This document shows, in pieces, positions 40,512 through 54,267 of a stretch of 64,000 nt of DNA. Position numbers and translations under genes: made by a program. The notes beneath the pieces were generated by a model, which saw nothing but the letters and a program-made list of their open reading frames with translations, was not told the DNA's origin and did no database searches. The stretch's first letter is position 1. The number at the start of each line of letters is the position of its first letter. The stretch is from Octopus vulgaris (taxonomy: Eukaryota), in contig OX597828.1 of the NCBI GenBank assembly GCA_951406725.2, forward strand, positions 5,332,001 through 5,396,000. The letters are read 5' to 3'.

Positions 40512-40774
40512 CGTAATGATATTCTACTCCCTTGGATGCATCTTTGTTCTTTTCCTGCTCAAGAGAAGTTTGGTAAATTGTGCTGATGTGAACTTATAAG
40601 GTAGAAACATATGACGCCGTGTATTCACTTTCTATTAAGGCTTTCTCAATCTTGGCCAATTATCCATTACTGCTCATATGGAGCAGTTGTCAAATAATCT
40701 ATTTGCCAATCTATTTGAGGTGGAGATAATTAAAGTAAATACGGAATTTATGTAAATACCTGACTTACACTATA

Positions 40775-40825
<51 letters not shown>

Positions 40826-41632
40826 ATAGGAGTAAATAATTTCTTTAAAAAAACAACAATTATTTTCTGGTAGATTTCGGCATGTAAATATAAGCATTAA
40901 CGGTAGGAATTTCTATAAAGTTCAGTATATATATATATATATATATATATATTGTATATAAATAAAAGGCAGGCAACAGGTTGCTTAGCCGCATACCGAA
41001 AAAATTAGAAATACCAGCCATAGACTGTTTATTTCTATTTTCTACAAGTGGGACTCCACATACGACATTTCCCTGTAATTCACATATGCAAAACTGAAGG
41101 AATAAATAACGAAAACAAAGTCTAACGGTCATTTACGAACATGTTTCTAGATTAGAAATATAATGAATATATATTTCATGTTTTTCATCAGCGTAAACCT
41201 GCACTAAAATAGATTTATCAAATGCAACGTACCTCCACTTCCTGACAAGGTGACATCAAAATAGTGGAAGGAAGCGAGCATAGGCTAAACCTATATAGAC
41301 AATTGAATTCGTAAATTTTCCCTCCAAAATTTTACCATGCGCATTACAAAAATAGTTCCCTAGAGGTAGAAACTATGGGTTGTCGTAAGGGAGTGAAAAT
41401 TCCAATTAGTAATATAACAAGAGTAAATAATTTCTTTAAAAAAACCAACAATTATTTACTGGTACATTTCGGCATGTAAATATAACCATTAACGGTAGAA
41501 ACTTCTATAAAGTTCAGTATATATATATATATTGTATGTATGTGGAGTCCCACCTGTAGAAAATAGAAATAAACAGTCTATGACTGCTATTTCTAATTTT
41601 TTCGGTATGGGGCTAAGCAACCTCTTGCTTGC

Positions 41633-41673
<41 letters not shown>

Positions 41674-41674
<1 letters not shown>

Positions 41675-41830
41675 ACGGGCTTCTTTCAGTTTCCGTTTAC
41701 CAAATCCTCTCACAGTTTTTGGTCGGCCCAAGGCTACAGTAGAATAGTAGAAGACACATTTCCTAGTGCCACACAGTGGGATTGAAGCCGGAAGCATGTG
41801 GTTGGGATGCAGGTTTGTTACCACACAGCC
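41674..41830 (-). mobile_element. family B SINE 5' part
   Basis: gggcttctttcagtttccg...ttaccacacagcc. Confidence 0.7.
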
Positions 41831-42594
41831 GTCGAATGTAGAATTAAAGTACATGGTGACATGTTTGCATGTTTTGCGATTAGTGGAGCAAATAGATGGG
41901 ATGTGGATGATTGCAGCTATACATAAACGCTACGCAAGATTTTTGATTAATCTGTCAAAAATAAAGTGTTAGGAACATTGATGAAAGCTGGTTACACACT
42001 CACTCTAAAGTATACATATTGTATTCAAAAACCTAAGTGTTTGCAACTCACATTCAATATTTGAACGAATTTAAACAAAGTTGTAAAAGCAAAAATATTG
42101 AAGTTTTTGTTTAGTGTATTTTTTTGTTTACATGTTTGTTGTTTCATAAAGATAATCAATTCTGCCTCTTAAGCCACTATATATTGTCGGCTTGATCATC
42201 AGTGCAACAAAGATAACATGGGCGCTCGATATAATTCGGAGATTTTCTAGATGTCATTAACAATTAAAACAATTCTATTTTTCTTGTTTGACGTTAACAG
42301 CTTTGCAAGCTGTTTTCAATTCCGCACAATTAATCTATCGGGACTTTCTATCAAGGCTAGTAATTAACAAAAATAACATGGCTGTCGGATATAAAAGGAA
42401 GTTTAAATTGAATAACGATGCTATTGAAATTGATGTATCAAAAATGATAAAAGCAAGCCTTGAAATATAGATCATTGTTTCGTTGAAATAGATAAATGGA
42501 TAATTAGGGCATCGCTTTCTCTATGTCTCATGTTTGCCTCTGAAGCTCTTTCAACTATTCACGTCTCATTCTTGAATAAATGGGAAGAAACAGC

Positions 42595-42630
<36 letters not shown>

Positions 42631-44799
42631 GCAACGATAAACAGGAACGAATACAGTTTCCGCTGATGTACAGAAACGAGGTACATGATATCTACACATT
42701 TCTTAAATCGATCTTTTTAAATAATCACTGCTGATTGATCTCCGCTGTTACAGGTACTGGAAGAGATGTCACCCAATATGGTCAGAGAAAGAGAGAATCC
42801 TTTAGGAGTTATGATGCGGAAAAATGAGAGAAAAAGACGATGTGGCTAAGAAAATGGGAGTTACTGAATAAGATCAGCTGTGAAAAGTTTTGCTTCACGT
42901 AACAATTCTTATTTGAAAGAGGCAAAATATTCTCATCGTGAAAAAAGTCTAATATCATCTTGATTTATAAGATAGTTGATAGAAAAAAAACAAAACAAAA
43001 CAAGTATCTATCGACTCGTCTGGATGTTGTTTAACATCTACAAGCTTATTTAAATGGCATAATCGCTAGACTGTCTAAACATCTTCAACAACAGTCAAGA
43101 AATAAACATTGTACACTATACCGCACATTCACTCTGTAAAACTTAATCTAAAGTGAGTGAATAAGTATGAACTACGTCTTTGCATCGCTCTCATAAACTA
43201 GGAAAAGCTATTTGATAATATTGAGGTGAATAGGTAACTGCTGCACTACATCCCCTGGGGATGCAAAGCATCGAGAAACCATATATAAATCTGCTTTGGG
43301 AAGCGAACTCGGGATGTAAAACCAATACAGCTCTTCTGTCACTATCCGTAATAGTTACACTCAGGAAAGGCATCCAGAAAGAAAAACTGTCGTGGGCTAA
43401 AGGCTGTTGGTTTTTCTATGATGGTGACAAGTTTAGTTGGTAATATGTTTCTTGAAATATGAAAATATGTTTCTTGGACTGCGTGTAGAAGTAACTGAAC
43501 ACCTCTAACAAACATCTAAGACAAGATTTTGTTATCGTTCATAAAGACAAAATCGTGTTCATGCTGATTGGTCGGTTAGTAGAACGATCATGTAAACTAT
43601 GGTGGTTTGTTCGTGTTGTCTGACTGCGTATCCAACGATTCGGATGCGAATCACTGCTGCAGGCCATATCTCCAAACACTTCACTCTTTATCTCATAATG
43701 GTCATCAACAATTTTGATTAGAAAGGTAACATCGACAAAATACTAACAAACATTCAAATTGCAACAACCTCGTGCTCATCGTAGAAATTTCAAATTAGTT
43801 AAAGGCAAACATGACAAAGATTCTCGACCAGAATTTAGCCGTATATGCAGTCATAAACCGAAGCAAATGGCCGAATAGGAGAGGGGAGCGATGAAATAGA
43901 GAAGGTAAATATGGAGGACAGATAGAAAATATTCACAGAGATTAGGAGCTGAAATCCTACAGAATAGTTAGCGCAGTGAATAAGTTATTTATATCGAATG
44001 AAAATATACTCAGAGTAAAACTGGACAACTCATGGTTCTACGACATCCAGTTTCTTCAATATTATCATTCTGCCTGAGTTCTTACATGCACGTAAAATGT
44101 GAGATACACCGAAGAAGGAAGAACAGACGCTGGGTGCGACACAAAGGTCCAAAGTATGATGTTCCGGATAAAACTGAGATAATTCGAAAAACTACAGATT
44201 GAAAGCTGTGGATGCGGAATACAGACAACTCAAGTAATGCTAAACTGGAGATGTCACATAGTTTATAGACAAGAGGCAGGCACGGGCCATTTTTCAGTAG
44301 TAATGTGCAGCGAGGTAATTTCCAGATTACCGATGCTATGAGGAGAAAGGCCTGGGAATACTTTTTCATAATGAGCTTAGGTTGTTCGAGAGTATATAGT
44401 AATGAAACGTAGAGAGACCCGTAGTTCGGTGCACTAGATTGGAGAAGAGACAAGACAGGACAGCTCTGAAGAGCAGAAGCAATTATCATTGGAGCGATAG
44501 ATATGAAAGACGTGAAAATGTACTTTGCTGATTGAGTATATGGTATAGAGCCACTTTGTGGGCGATTTAACCTCAGCTAAGTGACATTTCTCTGGATGCA
44601 GGTTAGATCGTTTGTACGGCTCAATATCAACGTCTATAAGCAACCCCTTTGTCGGGTGATTCATGTTCGGAACTTAGTTGAAATTTACAGCATCATGTAT
44701 ATATGAGTATGTGTGTGTGTGTATGTGTATATAATACATACACATATATAAATATACATATATATACATATGCATATACACACACACACACACACACAC

Positions 44800-44831
<32 letters not shown>

Positions 44832-44836
44832 TTGTG

Positions 44837-45130
44837 GAGCTGCAATGGCCCAGAGGTTAGGGCAGTGGACTTGCGGTTGTAGGATCGCGGTTTCGATTCC
44901 CAGACAGGGTCTTGTTTATTGAGCGAAAACACCTAAAGCTCTTCCAGGCTCCGGCAGGAGGTGGTGGTGAACCCTGCCGTACTCTTTCGCCACAAATTTC
45001 TCTCACCCTTTCTTCTGTTGGCCTGCTCGCTTAGCTAGAGGGGTGGTGTCATTTGAAGGCCAAAACAATACGAAGCGCATTGTGACCAGCGATGTGTAGC
45101 AACATCTGATAGCCTGGTCGGTCACGGTGA

Positions 45131-45131
<1 letters not shown>
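44837..45131 (+). mobile_element. tRNA-derived SINE related to family C, with a different 3' tail
   Basis: tggcccagaggttagggc (A box), ggtttcgattccc (B box); shares actctttcgccacaa.tttctc.cac.ctttc with the 7903 element. Confidence 0.75.
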
Positions 45132-45178
<47 letters not shown>

Positions 45179-45724
45179 TAGATAGCTAGATATAAACACG
45201 AATCTGGAGATTCTCCGTCAATACTTTTAGTATCTCAGCAATCTGCTCATGTAGATCATAGAAAATTATATGAATATGAAGGGAGCTGATTATATTTGGT
45301 GGGCCACAAAATAAGTTCCATGGTTACCCCTGTTTAGATACTCTTCATGAATATTTCTTGAAGTCGAATTTTGGCGAATACTAACCTTCTGAAGAATTAT
45401 CAAATTATATGACGCAGTGTTTGCAATCATGTATTTTAGAGGGGACACAAGATATCTTGCAAAGAATCTAAGCCATAATTGTGGCTTTGAAATCATTTGG
45501 CGTTTTCATAAATCAGGAAACTAGTTTTTATATATGTACAGTGACTACGTATCTTTGTTGAATATCATGTCAAACCTCATGAATCACACACGAAGAAGAT
45601 TAGATAATCAAATAGGTCACCAAATAAGTAAAATATAACGATAAAACTTGTAGATTAAGATTAAAGTTTAACTTTTTAGAAATGAAACCCCACTTGTAAC
45701 AGTAAAACTGATACATACATGCAT

Positions 45725-45795
<71 letters not shown>

Positions 45796-45947
45796 AATAT
45801 ATATATGCATATATATATATGTATATGTATATATCTATATATATCTATACATATATATACACACATATATGCATATATACATATACATACATATGTCTAT
45901 TTTCCTATCTCTCTCTCTCTCTCTGTATATATATATATATATATATA

Positions 45948-46383
45948 AATTAGATTCAAATGAATATGGTACTTACGTTCATGCACCAGAATTTAGTATG
46001 GCATTGTCCGCATAATTTCAAAATAGAGTTTTACCAACAACATCATAGTTGTAACTGATTCTTTTTCAAAAAGACACTGCCTGTCACTGATTCTTCTGTT
46101 ATTTACTTTTAATTGCGGGGGAGGGGTCAGTTTTAATTTATAGACTAGTTTATCAAATCCTTTGTATATTTAAGGCTGAGAGAAGACAGAGGGTTGTATC
46201 TGTTTGAGGTAGGGTTGATGGAGTAGACAGACACAACTGTCAGTGAAATATATTTGAAATTTGATGATTACAATATGTACGAAAGCGGTAATTTAACTTG
46301 AAGGGCATTACAAAACATTTCTTTAATGTTAAAATACCATAATAAAAAACGTGAAAACCAAAGCATATTTTAACTTTATTCAA

Positions 46384-46387
<4 letters not shown>
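45948..46387 (+). mobile_element. pLTR-like module between (TA)n tracts with a decayed mini-HHR (46257-46294)
   Basis: aaat-TTGATGA-ttac/aatat/gtac-GAAAGCGGTA-attt; 5' part ttagattcaaatgaatatggtactta also occurs at about 10665. Confidence 0.5.
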
Positions 46388-46442
<55 letters not shown>

Positions 46443-46557
46443 CGTGTATGAAGGTTTAGTTTGCAGGTTATCTAAATGATTAGGTACGCTAACTAAGGGC
46501 TAAAAGATACGCTAACTAATGTATAAAATTATTAATAATATAATAATGTATATAATG

Positions 46558-46636
<79 letters not shown>

Positions 46637-46641
46637 GTATG

Positions 46642-46673
<32 letters not shown>

Positions 46674-46674
46674 G

Positions 46675-46801
<127 letters not shown>

Positions 46802-46804
46802 GTA

Positions 46805-47012
46805 TCGCCATGCTGATTCGCTACCCTCTGCACGCATTTTTTCTCTCCTTGTTTCTTGCTGTGTTTCTTTTCTGTGTATCTTTCTGTTGAAGAGCATAGG
46901 CTCGAAACTTAAAAGACTTGTTTTATTTATATTCCTGAGCGCCATACTAATACAATTGTTTGTTTGTATTCCACCTGCCTTCGTCTTTTGTTTATTTTCA
47001 TAAAGCTTCCCG

Positions 47013-47014
<2 letters not shown>
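46805..47014 (+). mobile_element. second ~200-bp pLTR-like family with HHR-like fold (46879-46916)
   Basis: tcttt-CTGTTGA-a-gagc/atag/gctc-GAAAC-TTA-aaaga; shares the ttcctgagcg motif with the 12676 family. Confidence 0.6.
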
Positions 47015-47056
<42 letters not shown>

Positions 47057-47112
47057 ATATATGTATGCATATCTCTCTCTCTCTCTCTTATATATATATA
47101 TATATATATATA

Positions 47113-47308
47113 TGTAGGTCCCGGGTTGATTCGGGGTTAACCACAGTAAATAAGGTACTCAATACATAGCAGAGTAAAATTAATTTATTATATAGAAGGA
47201 GCTTCTACAGGACTAGAACTGTTTCATTCAAGAGAAATTTTCAGGAAGCTTCCTGAAGATTTCTCTTGAATGAAACAGTTCTAGTCCTGTAGAAGCTCCT
47301 TCTATATA

Positions 47309-47314
<6 letters not shown>
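47113..47314 (-). mobile_element. fold-back element, 132-bp spacerless palindrome
   Basis: 47183-47248 and 47249-47314 are reverse complements with 1 mismatch, centred on AAGCTT. Confidence 0.85.
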
Positions 47315-47380
<66 letters not shown>

Positions 47381-48420
47381 TGTTTCGGAAGCTGGAACTT
47401 TAAGAGGGACGAAGAGGCACAATGAAGTGTGGATTTGAGTGATTTTATGACTAAATTCTCGTCTATTATTATAAGAAATATACGATTGTAATCTCGATAC
47501 GTGTACGCCTGTCGTAAGGAAAATGTATAATGCATGATGCTACTCTGTCTGTGCCAATTGACGTAATATTATCGAAAATTGCGTATAATTGCGTATACGA
47601 CAGCATAGAAGTAATTCAGCCATCAAATCATTAATGTTCGCTGGAAGTTAATAAATCATCATTGTAGGATTATGGTAAAAGCTGATATGTGAACAAATTT
47701 AAACGTTTACCTACAGACGCATAAATATTTCCAGATTTACGATATCTAAATATACAGGTAAATGAATTAGTGAAAGGCAAAGTCAACTCCAGCGGAATTT
47801 AAACTCAGAACGTAAAGTGTGTCGAAATGCTGCTAAAAACTTTCTCCGTTATGCTAACGATTCTGCCATCTAGGATCATTACCCCATTTAGTAACTCAAA
47901 ATAAGGCAATAAGGATCCAGATATCTTAAACATATTGTAGCATTAGCTATGCGCTTTGTCTAAAATTTTAAACGTGCTATATAATCAGATACATTCATAG
48001 ACATACATACTTCCACTTACAAACGCACGCAGCCATGTTACAAATCTACTTCAGTCTTTTACATTTCATGTAGAAATAAACATAATCACACGTAGAATAA
48101 GATGAATAAATACAGAAACATCAATGTGAATCTTCTCTGATTAATGATAAGTACAGGATTATTTCGCAAAATGAATTCTTATAATCCAAGTTTTAATACA
48201 CTGATCATAGCACATATATCAACACCGTTTTAATTTTCTCAAATTTAGCTCTTTCTACGCTCACTTTAACTGAGAGTTTACATAAATATTTAAAAAAACA
48301 GCAACACATTAAATAAGGTAATGAAACTCTAACCATTTCATAAATACAAAATGTACTACTTCAAAAACCAGGTCCTTTGATTCAAAAGATAATCAAACAA
48401 TAGATAAAATGCAAATACAC

Positions 48421-48489
<69 letters not shown>

Positions 48490-48501
48490 GCAATGGCAAT
48501 G

Positions 48502-48585
<84 letters not shown>

Positions 48586-48597
48586 GCAATGGCAATG

Positions 48598-48665
<68 letters not shown>
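48421..48665. repeat. (AAT)n with a duplicated ggcaatggcaatg interruption
   Basis: Direct reading. Confidence 0.9.
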
Positions 48666-49697
48666 TCAAAATACATTGAAACAAAATATGGAAGCTATTA
48701 TGCTTTTTGTATCAGAAAATTTTGAACAAAGAACGTTATTTTTCTCAACTTATAAATAAATTTAAATAAGTGGAATAATCAAGATGTGTTTTGAAATGAG
48801 AAAATAAGACAATAGGAAAATAATAACTGTAAGCCTAAAGCTGTTGGCTCACACTATGTAATTAAATAAGAGAAAGCTTACAATTTTAACAATATTCATT
48901 TAAAACAGAAACAGCAATAATGGAAATAAGCAGAAGAAATTGTAATGAAAACAATAACGGTAAGAATAACATAAATAATAACAGCGTATAACAACTACAC
49001 AAACAAGAAATGCACGGAAAACAACGAAGTCAAAATCAAGAACAACATCATTATATATTACCTTGAAATTTAATTATACAGGAAGATGACGTTGTTCATC
49101 ATCAATATCATCACGCTATCACAGAAACACATCTCAATATCCAAAGCATCAACACAGCTACCATCATCATCAACTTCTACATAATTCTCCCACTTCGTCT
49201 CATAATGACTATAATGATGATGATCATCATTACTCTCGTCATCATTACAGAGATTATAACTTAATTTTCATTTCCTTAATTGTTTTCTGATAAGATGTGC
49301 GTGTGCTCTACAGTACACAGCTTATAGTGTAAAAGCCCTAGTTTATATCAATGTGTTTCTGACATATATTTATCTTGACTGAGCTGAAATAAATTGGAGA
49401 GATAGGCTTAATGTCTTGTCCAGAACAACTGACAAGATAAACCAACAAAGATAAACATTGCAGAGATATTCTGCGTACAATTATTCTCATGACCGCTATG
49501 TACGACGTCCTCTCCATTATCATGGTGTGTTTTGTGTTGGGTGTAATTATATGAGGCTGTTGTAGTACGTTAAATTTATCTATACAGTGATTAATAAAGG
49601 AGCATTACGCATACACACACAAAAACATACATACATGTATATATATCTACATACATACATACATTCATACATGCACAGACACAAACACACATACACG

Positions 49698-49740
<43 letters not shown>

Positions 49741-51016
49741 CCGATTACATTGGATACATAAAAGATCAAGGCATAACAATGTGTAGCACACTCGTTGGAT
49801 AGAGAGAATTACGATGAACAAACGTAAAGTAATGCATCATCCAAGGATGGAATGTAGTATGAATGAAGTAGATTCCCTATACAGTGTTACTTTAGCGTGT
49901 GGTCTATAACCTAAAGAGCAATTACTTTATAGTTTACTCTTCAATTTCTAAAAGCCCTTAACTGTTGCCTAAATATTTTTTTTACAATAAATATTTGGCA
50001 TTGTAAATGTATTGTTTCAAAATCGTTATTTATCTTATTTTAATAATAATAAAACCATGTTTCATTTTTGTCTTAGTGAAGAATAATAAGGGAGCAAGAA
50101 TAAGATACATAATAATTAGAATAATCGCGTAGAGCACACACGTTAGGTAGCCGCGAGATTTCCAACGTAAGAAACTAAAAAGTAACCTAAATTAACAGCC
50201 TCAGAGTCGTAAATCGTACGCCAAAATAGCTCCCGTTGTTGTTTGATAATACGGAACTCCACTTGCATTCCAGATTATCAACGAAGAGCGCAGCGTGAAA
50301 TAATATAAAAGACAAACGAATAAGTTTTTAAATATTGCTACAATTTTCCATTTGCATGTTTCATTTTCACGTATGTATAAAACATTTATTTAGAGTATCT
50401 ACATAATGACGAAAGCCCCGATTCATCTGGCAATTCTGTGAAATAAGTGAACCGCTGTCTGTTGCGTAATCCGAATGAATCATCAACAAGCGAAATTTCA
50501 AACAGAATACCGATATTTATGTTTAGCATTTAAGTTGCAAAACAAAAATTATTGTATACAGAAAAATTATGATTTGGACTTCGTTTAAGATACAGCATAA
50601 GATGAAATGCCTCTGCTAAATGAGTTAATGATATGGCAAATATGTATATAATAGAATATTATCTACTGTTTTTATATCACCTTATTATAATATACCTATC
50701 ATCAATTTAGGTTGCTCTTAACATGAATATAAAAGCAATATTACTAGAACCCTGTTGCTGATAAGATTATTAGTAAAGGGTGTAACAGTCTCAACGCAAC
50801 AGCCTAGATTACATCCCGCGTGACCCCTCAAATATACTGTGTCCTGGTAAATGTCCTTTATCCTGTCCATTAAATAATGTAGTTACCAGAAATTAAGCTA
50901 TATATGTAGATGCATAATCAGAAGATGAGCTTAAGTTCTGAAGCTAAGGCTGCTTAGAAGGATTTACTTCATTACAATACCAAAGAGCCGAGTTTTCAAA
51001 ATGCGATGCTCTAAAG

Positions 51017-52230
51017 CAGTGTTTCTCAACCTTTTTTTACCCTTGTATAACCCTTAAAATAAATTACACATCTCAAGGAACCTCTGCTCAAGAGATTGTG
51101 GTTCTTCATCACTGACCTCATCCAAATTGACTGAATGTTTCCTCTTGAAAAAACTCCACATAGGGTTATTAAGAAGTTTTGTAAAATGAAAAAAAAGGGA
51201 ATACAAGGTTCCCATAAATTATAGCGATCACTAATTATATCCCCAATGATTGTTATATTTTTGATAGCATAATAGGTTAGATGGGATGATGTCTATATTA
51301 CAATATTACAATAATATGTGCATGTATAATATTCTTTTCTACTCTCGGCACAAGGCCCGAAATTTTGGGGGTGAGGGCCAGTAGGTTAGATTGATCCCAG
51401 TACGCAACTAGTACTTAATCCATCGACCCCGAAAGGATGAAAGGCAAGTTGACTTCGATGGAATTTGAACTCAGAACATAAAGACAGACGACATAGATAT
51501 TTCTTTACTACCCACAAAGGGCTAAACACAGAGAGGACAAACAAGGACATACAAACGGATTAATTCGATTATACCGACCCAGTGCGTAACCGGTACTTAT
51601 TTAATCGACCCCAAAAGGATGAAAGGCAAAGTCGACCTCGGTGGAATTTGAACTTAGAACGTAGTGACGGACGAAATACCACAAAGCATTTCACCCGGCG
51701 TGCTAATGTTTCTTATTTCTTTATTGCCCACAAGGGGCTTAACAGAGAGGGAACAAACAAGGACAGACAAACGGATTAAGTTGATTACATCGACTCCAGT
51801 GCGTAACTGGTACTTAATTTATAGACCCCGAAAGGATGAAAGGCAAAGTCAACCTCGGCGGAATTTGAACTCAGAACGTAACGGCAAAGAAAATACTTAT
51901 TGCTTTACTACCAACAAGGGGCTAAACGCAGAGAGGACAAACAAGGACAGGCAAACGGAAAAAGTCGATTATATCGACCCCAGTCCGTAACTGGTACTTA
52001 TTTAATCGACCCCGAAAGGATGAAAGGCAATGTCGACCTTGGCGGAATTTGAACTCAGAACGTAGGGGCAGACGAAATACTGCTAAGCATTTTGCCCGGC
52101 GTGCTATCGTTTCTGCCAGCTCGCCGCCTGCATGTATAGTAATATTAAAATCAAGAAATTTGCACTAGTTTATCTCACTCTTTATTGCGGAACCTCTGGG
52201 AGTCTTCTACAGAACCCTAGGGTCCCGGGG
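51017..52230 (+). mobile_element. hAT (Charlie-like) non-autonomous element interrupted by a SINE array
   Basis: 5' terminus CAGTGTTTCTCAACC; 3' subterminal ggaacc...gaaccctaggg motifs at 52188-52230; right TIR lost. Confidence 0.5.
51334..52128 (-). mobile_element. head-to-tail tetramer of family A SINE
   Basis: Four cores; a single complete head at 52128; flanking duplication tgcatgtata at 51319-51328 and 52129-52138. Confidence 0.85.
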
Positions 52231-53174
52231 ATTATAATAATAGGTGATTATTTTTAATGCATTGCGAATGTTATGACGATCATGTACAGTAAGGACGACA
52301 TTATTAATAGGTCGATGTAAACATAAATTACGCAAAACCTTCCTCTGCCCTAAGAACTAATTCCATTGAAGATTAGTATTAATCACGCCTCGTTTGTAGT
52401 TAATGATGATTTATTAAATTAATTCACTTTCCATTGCTACATGACTGTTCATATATATACACATCTTACGCAACACATTCCTCCGCTGCAAACCATAACA
52501 CCTCTTAATCAAATCCTGTCACTCTATTTGTAGTTACGGTACCTTGTTTTCTACTGCTTCTAGGCCGTCCTTTATCTATTTAATTATTGTTGTCTTTTCC
52601 CCTAATTTAATTGACAAGTATACCAAACGCTGAATTCCGTATTTCTCCTCAACTTCGGGGCGACGTAAGGATCTGCGTGGGATTAGTGCATTTCCCATGC
52701 ATTTTGTTCCTGACAGCTAACTTGTAATTTTTATTTCTTTCCGATTGCTTTTGCGTTATATTAAATCGTAAATCTTACTGCCTATATGCTTTCATATTTC
52801 GTTTTTCTACATGCCTAAAGAATTTCAATATACGTATATGTGGTTGTGTGGGCTGTGTGCGCGTATGAATTTATACGTCTATAGTTAAACGTGTAAATTT
52901 GTTCACCTGTCACATATCAGCTTTTCCGTAATCCTGCAACGACTTTTAATTAACTTCCAGCGAACGTTTGCGTTTATATGTCTTTTTTTGTGTGTGTCTA
53001 ACTGTATGCATGATAGCATAACTTTCTTTTGATCCCCTGTGATGGTATTCGTTTGAAAGTATTCACGACGAATTGTATTTGAAGCTATATTTTACTGTTT
53101 GACAGTAAGTGTGTCATGGATATGGAAATGCATGTTCTTCTATTTGGCCGTGTGAATATCTGAGTAAAGTAAAG

Positions 53175-53226
<52 letters not shown>

Positions 53227-53228
<2 letters not shown>

Positions 53229-54246
53229 TTGCATTATGACCCGTCGTTGCCGGGTCATAGTGCTAGTGCATGTATATATATGTGTACATATTACATGCAC
53301 ATCTATATATATACATCTACACATAAAATACAAAATACAAAGTTATATCTTGATATCGCTAGTGATAACAATACACAAAATATATAACAGACTGGAATTC
53401 TAAGTCCGTCTCTTCCAACTTCGATCAATTGTATCTTGTCCTCCCTCTTGTATAGAAGTGTGGCTACAATGCAGCGTACCTCAACTTCGGGGGGGGGGGG
53501 GCATTTTAAATTGTTATCCGGCACGTCCTACGTCTCAGATATGAAGGTAAAAATAAAATATTTCCACTTAGCAAGTACGAGTCGAGTACTCCCTTGCACG
53601 CTCCGTTGACTCGAACCTTGCTTCTATTGTGGCGAATTTACCGCCTCTGGTTAGATATCTTCCATAGTCGCACCGAGACACTTTTCGATGGTGCTTTCCT
53701 CCAGGTGTTCAAATCTTCTTTTTTCTCTACATTGTATACTTTATAGACAATAGTCTTTTCTTTAATTTAATTTTTTATTATTCATCTGGACTATTCCATT
53801 TCTGCACGCTAATTTTATTTTTAATTTATTCCCATTCATGTGAAACCACTTATTCAAGTTCAAGTCATTGATGCAATTTTATACCAGGTGCTATTTTTAC
53901 TTTTGTTATGTTACGATTATATTATCCTTTAGTTTGATTTTAATTATTACTTACTACATATAATTCAATTGTTATTATTATTTTTATTGTTAAAGTGAAA
54001 GTATCTTACATAAAACAGAGAAATGTATTTGTTTCACTTTTAACACGTAATACTGAAATAGTGGAGAAGATATGATATTGTTAGGGGCTCGCTCTAGGCA
54101 AGAAGTTGAACATTTTTTTCCCGATGACATTTCCCGGACCCTAAGTAAGGCATGTGTAAAATTTGAATGAAATTACTTGTGTAGTTCTCAAGTTTTAAGG
54201 AAACACACAGACAGATACATATTCTCAGTTTTATATATAGAGAGAT
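53227..54246 (-). mobile_element. probable non-autonomous Helitron (~1 kb)
   Basis: Minus 5' a|TCtctctatatataaaactgag...tctgtctgtgtg at 54246; hairpin actagcactatgacccg-gcaacga-cgggtcataatgcaagt at 53227-53267; linkage of the two ends is inferred. Confidence 0.45.
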
Positions 54247-54267
54247 GAATATATATATATATATGTA

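Noticed and set aside
43850-44690. Complex purine-rich block, possibly a LINE remnant
   Set aside because: No convincing protein motif by eye; left unclassified
45545-45585. Minus-strand tcatga...gatacgta-gtc HHR-like pattern
   Set aside because: Both core boxes are mutated; not distinguishable from chance
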